This document shows, piece by piece, positions 8,722 to 23,069 of a stretch of 24,000 nucleotides of DNA. The stretch spans positions 26,942 to 50,941 of the forward strand of contig NZ_QNRY01000014.1 of NCBI RefSeq assembly GCF_003315515.1, written 5' to 3'. This stretch comes from Brenneria salicis ATCC 15712 = DSM 30166 (GTDB lineage Bacteria > Pseudomonadota > Gammaproteobacteria > Enterobacterales > Enterobacteriaceae). Under the pieces are notes generated by a model that saw only the letters and a program-made list of their open reading frames with translations, made no database searches and was not told the DNA's origin. Numbering within the stretch: position 1 is the first letter of the stretch; every line of letters starts with the position of its first letter. The position numbers and the translations under genes are program-made.

Positions 8722-9750
8722 ATGAAATGCGCGTTAACTTTACTCGGTATGGTCTTTGCGACATATTTGGCGGGCACCAGCATTGCCAGTGCGACGGAGT
8801 ATCCATTACCACCACCCAATAGCCGTCTTATCGGTGAAAATATCGCTTATACCGTTCCTAATGACGGTCATGCGCTGGAAGATATTGCGGCGAAATTCAA
8901 GATCGGCATGCTGGGGATGCTGGAAGCGAACCCCGGTACTGATCCCTATCTGCCGACGCCAGGTTCCACTCTGACCATTCCCACCCAAATGCTGCTGCCT
9001 GATACGCCGCGTGAGGGGGTCGTCGTCAATCTGGCGGAACTTCGATTGTATTACTATCCCAAAGGCAAGAACACCGTCATTGTTTACCCTATCGGAATTG
9101 GTCAACAGGGACGCAACACCCCATTGATGACCACCTCGATCAGTGATAAACGCGCCAACCCGACTTGGACGCCAACGGCCAATATTCGTAAACGTTATCT
9201 TGAAGAGGAAGGGATCACACTGCCTGCCGTCGTCCCCGCCGGACCGGATAATCCAATGGGGCTGCACGCTTTGCGGCTTGCCGCGCACGGTGGGGTTTAT
9301 CTGCTGCATGGCACCAATGCCAATTTCGGTATTGGGATGCGCGTCAGTTCGGGTTGCATCCGTTTAAGAGCGGAAGATATTAAGGCGTTGTTTGATACGG
9401 TGCCAGTCGGCACGCGCGTCCAAATTATCAATGACGCCATCAAGACCTCGGTTGAACCGGACGGTAAACGTTATGTCGAGGTGCATCAACCATTGTCAAA
9501 ATCGGATAAAGACGATCCGCAAACCATGCCGATCACCATTACCGCAAAAACCCAGAAATTCATTGAAGCAGGTGATACCGACGCCAAAGCCGTCGCGGAT
9601 GCTATCGTTCGGCGTTCAGGGATGCCGATTCTGGTGAACGTGGGGCAGGATATCAATACCTATGAGCAGCCGGTGCAATCCGTGACGGATGACGACGCGA
9701 CAATGCCTCAGGCGGCGCCGATTACCGTGATCAACGCTTCCGCGCAGTAA
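8722..9750 (+). CDS. ldtE: L,D-transpeptidase (LysM + YkuD domains), YnhG/LdtE by synteny
   Basis: The 342-aa product has a signal peptide (MKCALTLLGMVFATYLAGTSIASA), a LysM-like segment (YTVPNDGHALEDIAAKFKIG...) and the YkuD catalytic motif HGTNANFGIGMRVSSGCIRL. Its position between sufE and lpp matches E. coli ynhG. AGGG lies 7 nt upstream. Confidence 0.85.
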   Translation: MKCALTLLGMVFATYLAGTSIASATEYPLPPPNSRLIGENIAYTVPNDGHALEDIAAKFKIGMLGMLEANPGTDPYLPTPGSTLTIPTQMLLPDTPREGVVVNLAELRLYYYPKGKNTVIVYPIGIGQQGRNTPLMTTSISDKRANPTWTPTANIRKRYLEEEGITLPAVVPAGPDNPMGLHALRLAAHGGVYLLHGTNANFGIGMRVSSGCIRLRAEDIKALFDTVPVGTRVQIINDAIKTSVEPDGKRYVEVHQPLSKSDKDDPQTMPITITAKTQKFIEAGDTDAKAVADAIVRRSGMPILVNVGQDINTYEQPVQSVTDDDATMPQAAPITVINASAQ

Positions 9751-9760
9751 TACGGAAAAA

Positions 9761-9793
9761 ACCTGCTGGCGGGCGTTCAGCGCATCAGCAGGT
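9761..9793 (-). terminator. Minus-strand-oriented hairpin with T-run (backup terminator behind lpp)
   Basis: ACCTGCTG (9761-9768) pairs with CAGCAGGT (9786-9793). Read on the minus strand it is followed by TTTTTT (plus-strand A-run 9755-9760). There is no T-run in the plus direction. Confidence 0.4.
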
Positions 9794-9814
9794 GATGTAG
9801 AAGAGGCGGTCGAT

Positions 9815-9844
9815 GACAGGATGCGACAGATGCTGCATCCTGTC
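9815..9844. repeat. 10-bp-stem palindrome with no T-tract (REP-like or structural element)
   Basis: GACAGGATGC (9815-9824) pairs with GCATCCTGTC (9835-9844). The 10-nt loop GACAGATGCT is itself a near-copy of the left arm. Confidence 0.5.
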
Positions 9845-9889
9845 GATAAAAAGGGGAAGACGGAACAGCGTAGTTCTTTTGCAAAAAAA

Positions 9890-9924
9890 GCAAAAAAAAT
9901 GGCGCACAATGTGCGCCATTTTCA
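9890..9924. terminator. lpp rho-independent terminator (bidirectional, also closes ldtE)
   Basis: AATGGCGCACA-A-TGTGCGCCATT is an 11-nt-arm palindrome at 9898-9920. It is flanked by an 8-nt A-run (T-run on the lpp strand) and by TTTT on the + strand. It is essentially the E. coli lpp terminator sequence as I recall it. Confidence 0.85.
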
Positions 9925-9942
9925 CGACTTAAACCAGTTCGA

Positions 9943-10191
<249 letters not shown>

Positions 10192-10224
10192 CTAGATTGA
10201 GTTAATCTCCATGTAGCGTTACAA

Positions 10225-10253
10225 GTATTACACAAACTTTTTTCTAATGAGAA
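10225..10253 (-). promoter_or_regulatory. lpp promoter
   Basis: The minus strand reads TTCTCA (10253-10248), 17 nt, TAATAC (10230-10225). The leader ...TTGTAACGCTACATGGAGATTAACTCAATCTAGAGGGTATTAATAATG is almost identical to the E. coli lpp promoter and leader as recalled. Confidence 0.8.
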
Positions 10254-10435
10254 TAAATTTTTGATGAGAACATGCTTAATTTTGATCGTTCGCTCAAAGA
10301 AGCAGCGGGTTTTACAAAATCATTAAAAAAGTAAGGAAAACAGCGTTATTTTTATCAGACAAGTCTGAGGTGTCCGGCAATTAAAATTAGGTTTAGCTTG
10401 CGTCATTAATTTGACGAACAGGTGGGTTTGATAAC

Positions 10436-10481
10436 CACACATATAAAAAAGCGCCAACCAAGGCGCTTTTTTATATGTGTG
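10436..10481. terminator. pykF terminator, perfect 20-bp inverted repeat
   Basis: CACACATATAAAAAAGCGCC - AACCAA - GGCGCTTTTTTATATGTGTG. The GC core stem is followed by a T-run in both directions. It lies 14 nt downstream of the pykF stop and upstream of the lpp promoter. Confidence 0.85.
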
Positions 10482-10494
10482 GCCGGTTTACGGC

Positions 10495-11907
10495 TTACAG
10501 ACGGTGTACGGACGCCGTGTTGGTGGTGCCGCTTGGCACCAGCGCGCCGGAAACCATCACCACGACATCGCCAGTCTGAGCGTAGCCGCTGTTTAACGCC
10601 GCTTCTTTGCCGATGCGGTAGAAATCATCGGTAGAGGCGATTTCTTTCACCAGCAACGTATCCACGCCTTTGCTCAGCAATAACTGACGAGCGGTCACTT
10701 CGTTGGTGGTGAGCGCCAGGATCCGCGCACTCGGGAAGTACTTACGGATGGACTTCGCTGATTTGCCGCCGCTGGTGGCTACGACGATCAACGGTGAATC
10801 AAGTTTCTCCGCAGTTTCCACCGCGCCACGGCACACCGCCTCGGTGATCCGCAGTCTACCCAACGTTTTGATGGTATCTAGACGAGTCTTCATCACCGTA
10901 TCGGTACGCTGGCAGATGGTCGCCATAATTTTTACCGACTCAAGCGGGTATTTCCCTTTGGCGCTTTCCCCCGACAGCATGACGGCGTCGGTGCCATCAA
11001 TGATGGCGTTCGCCACGTCGCCGGCTTCAGCGCGGGTGGGGCGCGGGTTTTTGATCATCGAATCCAGCATTTGCGTGGCGGTGATAACCACTTTCCGGGC
11101 CTGATTGCATTTCTCGATCATCATTTTCTGCGCGAAAATAACTTCTTCCACCGGGATTTCAACGCCCAGGTCGCCGCGGGCAACCATAATGCCGTCAGAC
11201 GCTTCGAGGATTTCGTCGAAGTTGTTCAAACCTTCCTGGTTTTCGATTTTGGAAATGATTTGAATGTGCTCGCCGCCGTGTTGTTTCAGGTGCGCACGAA
11301 TTTCTTCAACGTCAGAGCGCTTACGGATAAAGGACGCCGCAACAAAATCGACGCCTTGTTCGCAACCGAAAATCAGATCGCGTTTGTCTTTTTCAGCCAA
11401 TGCCGGTAACTGGATGGAAACGCCAGGCAGGTTAACGCCTTTATTTTCACCCAGATCGCCGTTGTTCAACACGATGCAAACCACTTCATTGCCATTGATG
11501 GCGGTAACTTGCATACCGATCAGACCATCGTCCACCAGCACGGTGTTGCCGACGCTCAGGTCTTGCGTGAAACCGGCATACGTCACGGCAACGCGATCTT
11601 TGTTGCCGACGACACCCTGATCGGTGGTGAAAGTGAATGTCTGACCGGCGGTCAGGGACACATCCGCGCCGTTTTCCAGCTTCATGGTACGGATTTCAGG
11701 GCCTTTGGTATCCAATAGGATCGCCGCCTGTTTACCGGTTTTCGCTATAACGGCACGCAGGTTTTTGATGCGTTGACCATGCTCTTCATAATCCCCGTGA
11801 GAAAAATTCAGGCGCATAACATTCATGCCGGCAGCCAGCATGTTGCTCAGCATCTCTTCTGACTCTGTTTTTGGCCCGATGGTACAAACAATTTTTGTCT
11901 TTTTCAT
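10495..11907 (-). CDS. pykF: Pyruvate kinase I (FBP-activated)
   Basis: The track ORF is over-extended by 13 codons. ATG 11907 gives 470 aa starting [20 protein letters not shown], as in E. coli PykF. Conserved [12 protein letters not shown] is present. Confidence 0.97.
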   Translation of the reverse strand: MKKTKIVCTIGPKTESEEMLSNMLAAGMNVMRLNFSHGDYEEHGQRIKNLRAVIAKTGKQAAILLDTKGPEIRTMKLENGADVSLTAGQTFTFTTDQGVVGNKDRVAVTYAGFTQDLSVGNTVLVDDGLIGMQVTAINGNEVVCIVLNNGDLGENKGVNLPGVSIQLPALAEKDKRDLIFGCEQGVDFVAASFIRKRSDVEEIRAHLKQHGGEHIQIISKIENQEGLNNFDEILEASDGIMVARGDLGVEIPVEEVIFAQKMMIEKCNQARKVVITATQMLDSMIKNPRPTRAEAGDVANAIIDGTDAVMLSGESAKGKYPLESVKIMATICQRTDTVMKTRLDTIKTLGRLRITEAVCRGAVETAEKLDSPLIVVATSGGKSAKSIRKYFPSARILALTTNEVTARQLLLSKGVDTLLVKEIASTDDFYRIGKEAALNSGYAQTGDVVVMVSGALVPSGTTNTASVHRL

Positions 11908-12144
11908 ACAATAGCTTCTACAAGTTGTGATGGATAAAAAAATCAAGACTCCGATGACAGTAGCAGAGGCGTCTGCGGAGTGAATGCATTGGGAAACAAT
12001 TTGGATGAGACAGGTTCTTAAAGAGGTAAGTATAGATGGTTGCAGCGAACTGATGAAAGCGTAACCGATCGTCGCGTATAATTAGCGGGAGAACGATAGG
12101 CGATGCCATTGAAAGTAGAGTTATTGATAGTGACACGTGGGTTA

Positions 12145-12158
12145 GCTGAAACCATTCA
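12145..12158. promoter_or_regulatory. Cra (FruR) operator candidate in the pykF control region
   Basis: GCTGAAACCATTCA satisfies every position of the Cra consensus RSTGAAWCSNTHHW as I recall it. An adjacent GAAAC-aac-GTTTC palindrome lies at 12161-12173. pykF is a known Cra-repressed gene in E. coli. Confidence 0.55.
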
Positions 12159-12175
12159 GTGAAACAACGTTTCGT

Positions 12176-12203
12176 ATTATAATTATTACGCGCGGATAAA
12201 CAA
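12176..12203 (-). promoter_or_regulatory. Candidate distal pykF promoter
   Basis: On the minus strand, TTGTTT (12203-12198) is followed by 16 nt and a perfect TATAAT (12181-12176). This places the Cra box at about +12 to +25. It implies a leader of about 260 nt. An alternative proximal pair, TTCATC-17-TATACT, has its -10 at 12034-12029. Confidence 0.35.
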
Positions 12204-12456
12204 GCCGGTTAAAGGTAGTAAAGTGAATATTTTGCCGTGTTGACGCAAAAAAACCGACGATTTGTTATTTTTACCTACCTTTGTTGCGCAACCGCCCAGG
12301 AAAATACAATGAAAACGTACAATATCGGCGGCGGCGGCTTATTTCTGAATTAAAAAAGTAGATGTAAATAAAATGTTTTTTCTCTCGATCTGCATCACGT
12401 TTTTAAGCCATTGGTATTGAGAAGATGGCCGCAAGTGATAGTTTATCCCACATTAT

Positions 12457-12485
12457 GGATTGTTACTGCGTAAGCAGGCAAAACC
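12457..12485 (+). promoter_or_regulatory. RAT (ribonucleic antiterminator) element 1
   Basis: GGATTGTTACTGCGTAAGCAGGCAAAACC matches the BglG/SacY-family RAT consensus GGATTGTTACTGC-loop-GCAGGCAAAACC. Its 3' end overlaps the left arm of the following terminator. Confidence 0.88.
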
Positions 12486-12522
12486 AGACGTTCGTTTCCT
12501 TAAACGAGTGTCTGGTTTTTTT
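12481..12522 (+). terminator. Leader terminator t1 of the bgl operon, controlled by RAT1
   Basis: AAACCAGAC (12481-12489) pairs with GTCTGGTTT (12510-12518) and ends in a T7 run. It lies 16 nt before the bglG start. Confidence 0.85.
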
Positions 12523-12537
12523 GTTTCCAGGGCTTGA

Positions 12538-13404
<867 letters not shown>

Positions 13405-13503
13405 ATCTGCTGTTCATCACATAATTTTATCTTGCGTGGATAAAATGCTTGCTTGTTTTTCGATTTAGGTAATAAGCTTCATATAAGATTTTTTAGACAA
13501 TCA

Positions 13504-13547
13504 GGATTGTTACTGTTAACAAGTCATCCTTGTTTGCAGGCAAAACC
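13504..13547 (+). promoter_or_regulatory. RAT element 2, with an extended apical helix
   Basis: GGATTGTTACTG-[TTAACAAGTCATCCTTGTTT]-GCAGGCAAAACC has both conserved RAT arms intact. The usual 4-5-nt apical loop is replaced by an extra AACAAG/CTTGTT hairpin. Confidence 0.8.
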
Positions 13548-13603
13548 TAAATCATTTTGTTCTCCGTTATGTGGCGGCGAGAAAAATGGTTTGGGTTTTT
13601 TTT
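13542..13603 (+). terminator. Intercistronic terminator t2, controlled by RAT2
   Basis: AAACCTAAATCATTTT (13543-13558) pairs with AAAAATGGTTTGGGTTT (13582-13598), with two G-U pairs, and is followed by a T8 run. The left arm overlaps the RAT2 3' end. Confidence 0.8.
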
Positions 13604-13665
13604 ATCTAAAAATAACGTTACTTTCTGGTAATGTGATGATTTTAATATGTATTTGTCAGTTTTAA

Positions 13666-17008
<3,343 letters not shown>

Positions 17009-17022
17009 CGCTGGTGCACTAC

Positions 17023-17056
17023 CGGTCGGATTGTTGCCGTGCCGACCGCCAGTTTT
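17023..17056 (+). terminator. Weak hairpin downstream of bglB (possible partial terminator)
   Basis: CGGTCGG (17023-17029) pairs with CCGACCG (17042-17048) around a 12-nt loop. A TTTT run begins only 5 nt after the stem. Confidence 0.3.
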
Positions 17057-17704
17057 ACGTTTTATCACTGTTGAACGTTATAAACATGAATAGAGGGGAA
17101 TTACTGTAAAGCCGTCGTGATTATCTCGTGTATCAAAGCATGGCCCGTGAGCAGCCTACAGGTTGGCACGGGTTCATCGAGGAAGCGGCACGCAGGGGAT
17201 GGACAAGCAGGCTGCCATGCAGGGGGCTGATTTATCGCTGTCAGCGCGTAGTTGAATTAGGAAAGCGCAATAACCCGGCAGAAAATGGACGGGTCAATTG
17301 AAAAAAAATAAGTCAAATGACGGTTGCGGACAGAAGGGTAGTTTACGATATCTCGCTACAGTTATTTAGTAGCGGGGAGGATCGTCAAATATCGTGAGCA
17401 TCACAAATATGGATGGTACTTATATCATCATATGGTCGGTGTGCTGGTACAGATTAAATTAATAACAGTAGCAAAAGAATTGATCGAATATTATTGGGGG
17501 GATGATAAAAGCGGTGCGAATACCTTTGGGGAAGCGTTTGATTCTGAACATTATCAGGCTTTTCCTTATGGTAGTAAAAATTAATAGCTATTGTCATATG
17601 TGGCGTTGTACGCCAAGCTATTTCATTCGCAACCGATTAAAAAAATAGAAAAATACTGATGTTAAACAAGTGTGATTAACGCACGAAAACGCTGTATTGA
17701 TTAA

Positions 17705-19429
<1,725 letters not shown>

Positions 19430-19443
19430 GTCCCTTTTTAATC

Positions 19444-19472
19444 CCGGTATCGTACTGACGATACCGGTTTTT
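19444..19472 (+). terminator. Rho-independent terminator after bglH
   Basis: CCGGTATCG (19444-19452) pairs with CGATACCGG (19459-19467) around a 6-nt loop, followed by TTTTTAT. A second 9-bp hairpin without a T-run follows at 19483-19503. Confidence 0.8.
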
Positions 19473-19578
19473 ATCCGTCACCCGGCAAGCGTAACGCTTG
19501 CCGCTACGTTCTCCTTGCCTTGTCATCATGTCAGTTAATGGTGCGACAAAATATCGACTTACTATTAAGGAAACGAAC

Positions 19579-20607
19579 ATGAATATGGTTATTCACCGTC
19601 GCTGTTCTTTTTGGCTCCACGGTCTGGCGATAGGAATGTTTGCATGCAGCGCTTTTTCTGTCTCGGCGGCGCCACAGGATCTGCCTTTTGATGTGGCACC
19701 GTATAAACAGGTACGCGTCATTATCAGTGCCGATGCCAAAAATGAGGCCGACGACGATTTTGCCGTGGCGCATGCGGTGCTGACACCGACCATGAAAGTG
19801 AAAGGGCTGATTGCCGCTCACTATGCGCGAACCGCGCCGATGATGCAGCGAGATGGGCAAAACAGCATGCTCGAAAGCTACAACGAGTTGCAACATTTGA
19901 TGAAGGTGATGGGAAAAACCTCAATTCCGGTCTATCGCGGCGCGGCCCAGGCAATGCAAAAAGGCGAAGCTTCCGCCGCGTTAAGCGAAGGCGCGAAAAT
20001 GTTGATTGCGGAAGCGCTCAAGACCGACAGTGCTCCGCTGTTTGTGCTGGTCATGGGACCGATCACCGACATTGCCGCCGCGTTGCGCGCGGAACCGCGC
20101 ATTGCATCCAAAATGACGGTAGTCTGGATCGGCGGCATGCCTTACCCGCAAGGCGGATGGGAATACAATATGTTCAATGATCCCATTGCCGCCAATGAGG
20201 TGTTCAAATCATCGGTTCCACTATGGCAAGTGCCGCACAATGTTTATATGTCGATGCGCGTCTCACTGGCGGAATTGGCCGCCCGCGTTAAACCGCAAGG
20301 TGAAGTCGGGGCGTACTTATGGCAGCAAATGATTGATTTCAATAAGATGATTTCCGCCATTGTTAAAGATGTCCCCTGGCCGAAAAGCGAGGTGTGGGTT
20401 TTGGGCGATAATCCATCGGTGGCTTTGTTGCTCGATGATCATGAATACCATTATACGCTGCGGGACGCGCCATTACTGAATGAAGATCTGACCTATGCCC
20501 CCCAACCCGGTGCGCGTCAAATACGCGTTTATCATGCCGTTGACGCCCGTTTCACGCTGGAGGATTTTTACGCTAAGTTGATGCTGAGCTATGGGGGTAA
20601 AAAATGA
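19579..20607 (+). CDS. Secreted nucleoside-hydrolase-fold protein (DUF1593-like / IU-NH-like domain), function unknown
   Basis: ATG 19579 has AAGGA 7 nt upstream; the track start at 19498 is less likely. The 342-aa product has a Sec signal peptide (FWLHGLAIGMFACSAFSVSAA-PQ). The N-terminal beta-strand plus Asp cluster VRVIISADAKNEADDDFAVAHAVL resembles the DxxNExDD / DxDxxxDD fingerprint of the nucleoside-hydrolase fold. The family call is made from memory only. Confidence 0.7.
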   Translation: MNMVIHRRCSFWLHGLAIGMFACSAFSVSAAPQDLPFDVAPYKQVRVIISADAKNEADDDFAVAHAVLTPTMKVKGLIAAHYARTAPMMQRDGQNSMLESYNELQHLMKVMGKTSIPVYRGAAQAMQKGEASAALSEGAKMLIAEALKTDSAPLFVLVMGPITDIAAALRAEPRIASKMTVVWIGGMPYPQGGWEYNMFNDPIAANEVFKSSVPLWQVPHNVYMSMRVSLAELAARVKPQGEVGAYLWQQMIDFNKMISAIVKDVPWPKSEVWVLGDNPSVALLLDDHEYHYTLRDAPLLNEDLTYAPQPGARQIRVYHAVDARFTLEDFYAKLMLSYGGKK

Positions 20608-21003
20608 GAAACTCCCTGCGTCACGCTATGAAATACAGCGTTCTGGCCTGTGGGTTGTTTCCATTGCTGGCCAGTGGGCAGAATAAACCAGTCAATGATC
20701 AGTTGCTCTATGGGGTGGCTTACTACGACGAGTACATGCCTTATGATCGCCTTAATGAAGATATCAGGATGATGAAAGCGGCGGGCATCAATGTGGTGCG
20801 TATAAATTGTCCGGCACAGTACCAATCGACAGGGTAAGGCGGTACGTTTCCTGTTTAACTATTCAGCTAAGGCGACAGAAATGACCTATCAGTGGGAAGA
20901 GGGGAACGCGTTGTTGAGCGGCAATCGGGTGAGAAAAAACCAGTCGCTTGCTCTGCCTGCCTGGGGCGTCAGTATTGTTGAAGGGCGTGTTGTCCGACCA
21001 TAA
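20604..21003 (+). pseudogene. GH42 beta-galactosidase remnant with a large internal deletion and frameshift
   Basis: The N-terminal 67 codons (signal-like peptide + LLYGVAYYDEYMPYDRLNEDIRMMKAAGINVVRI) look like the start of the GH42 TIM barrel, with homology ending near 20804. From about 20806 a +1 frame encodes a typical GH42 C-terminal sandwich tail (GKAVRFLFNYSAKATEMTYQWEEGNALLSGNRVRKNQSLALPAWGVSIVEG) ending at TAA 21001-21003. An intact GH42 enzyme is several hundred residues longer. The start overlaps the upstream stop (ATGA). Confidence 0.7.
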
Positions 21004-21018
21004 AGAGCGTGGAGAGAG

Positions 21019-21047
21019 ACGGGCACTCGGCCTTGAGTGTCCGTTTG
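21019..21047. terminator. Hairpin between the GH42 relic and the convergent treF
   Basis: ACGGGCACTC (21019-21028) pairs with GAGTGTCCGT (21035-21044) as 10 bp including one G-U. It is followed by a short TTT on the + strand and no T-run on the minus strand. Confidence 0.35.
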
Positions 21048-21116
21048 AAGAATGGCGCCGGCAATGGCGTGCCGAAAATCATCATCAGAGAAAAATACCA
21101 TTAGCGAAGAACATCC

Positions 21117-22769
21117 TCAGAAATGTTCTCCGTACAGGCCAATCAAGCGGCGCACAACGCCATTTGTCCAGCCGAAACCATCTTGCAGCGGGTATTCGCC
21201 CCCACCGCCTTCACGCGGCGTATCGCCGGAGATGTGGTATTTTTCAATCAGCTTATGGTGCTGCCGGTAAAAGAGATTCACTGTGGTTAGCCAACTGCGT
21301 GCAATTTCATCGCCAAGCGCATCATTGCCGTACAGTTTAAAGCCCTGAATGGCCATCCATTGCAGCGGCGCCCAACCGTTGGGTTTATCCCATTGTTCAC
21401 CGGTTTCATACTCGGTCGCCATCAGGCCCTCCGGCGTGAGCAGGCGCGCCCGTATCGCTTCCGCCAACCTGTCGGCTTGTTCGTGGGTGGCCAGCCCCAC
21501 ATAAAGCGGCACGATGCTGGCGGCGGAAAAGAGCGCCATCTGCTGGCGGCGCCAGTCGTAGTCGCGATAACAACCGTCTTGCGCATCCCATAGATAGCGG
21601 GTGACCGCCGCACGGCGATCTTCCGCCTTCTGACGAAATAGCGCCTCTGTTTCTCTGTCTCCTTTTAACACAGAGATATTGGCGATGGCGCTCTCCAGCT
21701 TGTAAAGAAACGCATTGAGATCCACCGGAATGAACTGTGTGGTGCGAATGCTGGCGAGACGATTGGCATCACGCAGCCAGCGCGACGAGTAGTCCCACCC
21801 TGACGCCGCTCCCGCTCGCAGATCCCGATAAACCTCATTTGCCGGTCGGCTGGAGTGTTTCGCGGTTTCCACGTCTTCCAGCCAGGATTCGTCGCGCGGG
21901 GTGTCTCTGTCATCCCAATAGCGATTTAACAACGCACCATCCTGCATACGCACGACGTGGCGATAAGCCTGATTTGGCGCCAGCGATTCAGCGCCGTCCA
22001 TCCAGAAAGCATACTCTTTCATCAGATGATCCAGATAACGGCGGGCGCCGCGCACGCCATCTTCTTCAAATAACTCCACCATCAACGCGAATACCGGCGG
22101 CTGCGAGCGGCTAAGGTAATAGGTGCGATTCCCATTCGGAATGTGACCGTAAGTTTCAATCATCCAGGCGAAATTATCCGCCATACAGCGCAGCAGATCG
22201 TTGCGCCCGCTTTCCGCCAACCCCAGCATGGTAAAATAGGAGTCCCAATAATAGGTTTCGCTGAAACGGCCACCCGGCACGATATAAGCTTGCGGCAGCG
22301 GCAGCAGCGACGACCACGGAATATGATCCTGAGGCTCGCGCGTCAATACGACCCACAGATTATCGATATGCTCTTTGAGGGAATGATCGGGATTGGAGAC
22401 ATACTCACTGTCATGGCTTTCCGGTAGCCAGAAGTGCTGTTCGACAAATTGCCTCAAATCAAAATCGGGTTGCCTTTTCATCCGGCGGTAGCGCAAGAGA
22501 ATATCCAACGGATCGATTTTGGGCGCGCAGTCGGGGAACGTCTTACTGTCGGCGAAAATACGCGATGACTGCACCTGTGCGAACAGTTCAAGATAGCGAT
22601 CGGCGGGCGTCAGCGCATCGGATGGCGGCAGCCCTTCGATCATTTCCGGTTCGGGTTCCGCTTCGAACATGTTATCCAGTGTTAACTCGACGGGTTCCGG
22701 TTGGTATTGGCGATTTTTGTCGCCCTCGGATCCCTCTGATTCGACAACGTATAATTTCTGGTTAAACAT
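21117..22769 (-). CDS. treF: Cytoplasmic trehalase (GH37)
   Basis: The 550-aa product has no signal peptide. It has an acidic N-terminal extension ([28 protein letters not shown]) and the GH37 blocks [15 protein letters not shown] and [13 protein letters not shown]. It is nearly collinear with E. coli TreF (549 aa) as recalled. Confidence 0.95.
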   Translation of the reverse strand: MFNQKLYVVESEGSEGDKNRQYQPEPVELTLDNMFEAEPEPEMIEGLPPSDALTPADRYLELFAQVQSSRIFADSKTFPDCAPKIDPLDILLRYRRMKRQPDFDLRQFVEQHFWLPESHDSEYVSNPDHSLKEHIDNLWVVLTREPQDHIPWSSLLPLPQAYIVPGGRFSETYYWDSYFTMLGLAESGRNDLLRCMADNFAWMIETYGHIPNGNRTYYLSRSQPPVFALMVELFEEDGVRGARRYLDHLMKEYAFWMDGAESLAPNQAYRHVVRMQDGALLNRYWDDRDTPRDESWLEDVETAKHSSRPANEVYRDLRAGAASGWDYSSRWLRDANRLASIRTTQFIPVDLNAFLYKLESAIANISVLKGDRETEALFRQKAEDRRAAVTRYLWDAQDGCYRDYDWRRQQMALFSAASIVPLYVGLATHEQADRLAEAIRARLLTPEGLMATEYETGEQWDKPNGWAPLQWMAIQGFKLYGNDALGDEIARSWLTTVNLFYRQHHKLIEKYHISGDTPREGGGGEYPLQDGFGWTNGVVRRLIGLYGEHF

Positions 22770-23002
22770 CTGCTAAGAACCTCAGTGTTGCGTTGTAAAA
22801 ATAGGGATGTCTCGCTATTAAGATGTCTCTTGATTAAGTGTAGACAGTGGTTCCATCATCTATGACGAAAAGCGTGATACCCATCACGTTTTCCTATTGT
22901 CACCAAAAACTAGAAAAATAGATAACGCATTATTTATAATTAGGAAAACAAGCGCCTTCGCCCAATGCGTCACAATAAAATTCGGTTGCAACAATTTATT
23001 AA

Positions 23003-23038
23003 TAGCCCCGGTTTACGGGGCAGGGATGAGAGGGGCTA
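23003..23038 (-). terminator. Candidate otsA terminator (nested GC hairpins)
   Basis: TAGCCCC (23003-23009) pairs with GGGGCTA (23032-23038), enclosing an inner CCCCG/CGGGG hairpin. On the minus strand it is followed by the AT-rich TTAATAAATTGTT. It lies 32 nt downstream of the otsA stop. Confidence 0.4.
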
Positions 23039-23069
23039 ATCGATGATAACGGCTGAAACGAGCATGTCG

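Noticed and set aside
8591-8819. Two small minus-strand ORFs (74 and 60 aa) across the ldtE promoter and start.
   Set aside because: They lie in AT-rich promoter DNA and are antisense to the ldtE signal-peptide region, with no supporting signals. The region is better explained by an extended -10 promoter-like TGCTAATAT (8635-8643) for ldtE.
11918-12136. A 72-aa minus-strand ORF upstream of pykF.
   Set aside because: It lies in the pykF leader and promoter region, has no Shine-Dalgarno, and its composition is not protein-like. It is more likely untranslated leader.
12326-12340. The (CGG)4 tract as a possible phase-variable simple-sequence repeat.
   Set aside because: Four trinucleotide units is too short for appreciable slippage, and a change of one unit would keep the frame.
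12434-12452. A CRP-like AGTGA...TCCCA sequence immediately upstream of RAT1.
   Set aside because: The half-site spacing is 7 nt, not 6, and both halves carry mismatches. This is not good enough to call without a PWM score.
17026-17050. GGATTGTT right after bglB, resembling the start of a third RAT element.
   Set aside because: Only the first 8 nt match. The conserved 3' arm GCAGGCAAAACC is absent, and the local fold is a different hairpin (CGGTCGG/CCGACCG). An 8-mer match is expected by chance at about this window size.
20948-21340. ORFs of 130, 72 and 70 aa between the GH42 relic and treF, running into the treF 3' end.
   Set aside because: They overlap the GH42 C-terminal stub or are antisense to treF. 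The products are Arg-rich nonsense sequence, and there are no translation signals.
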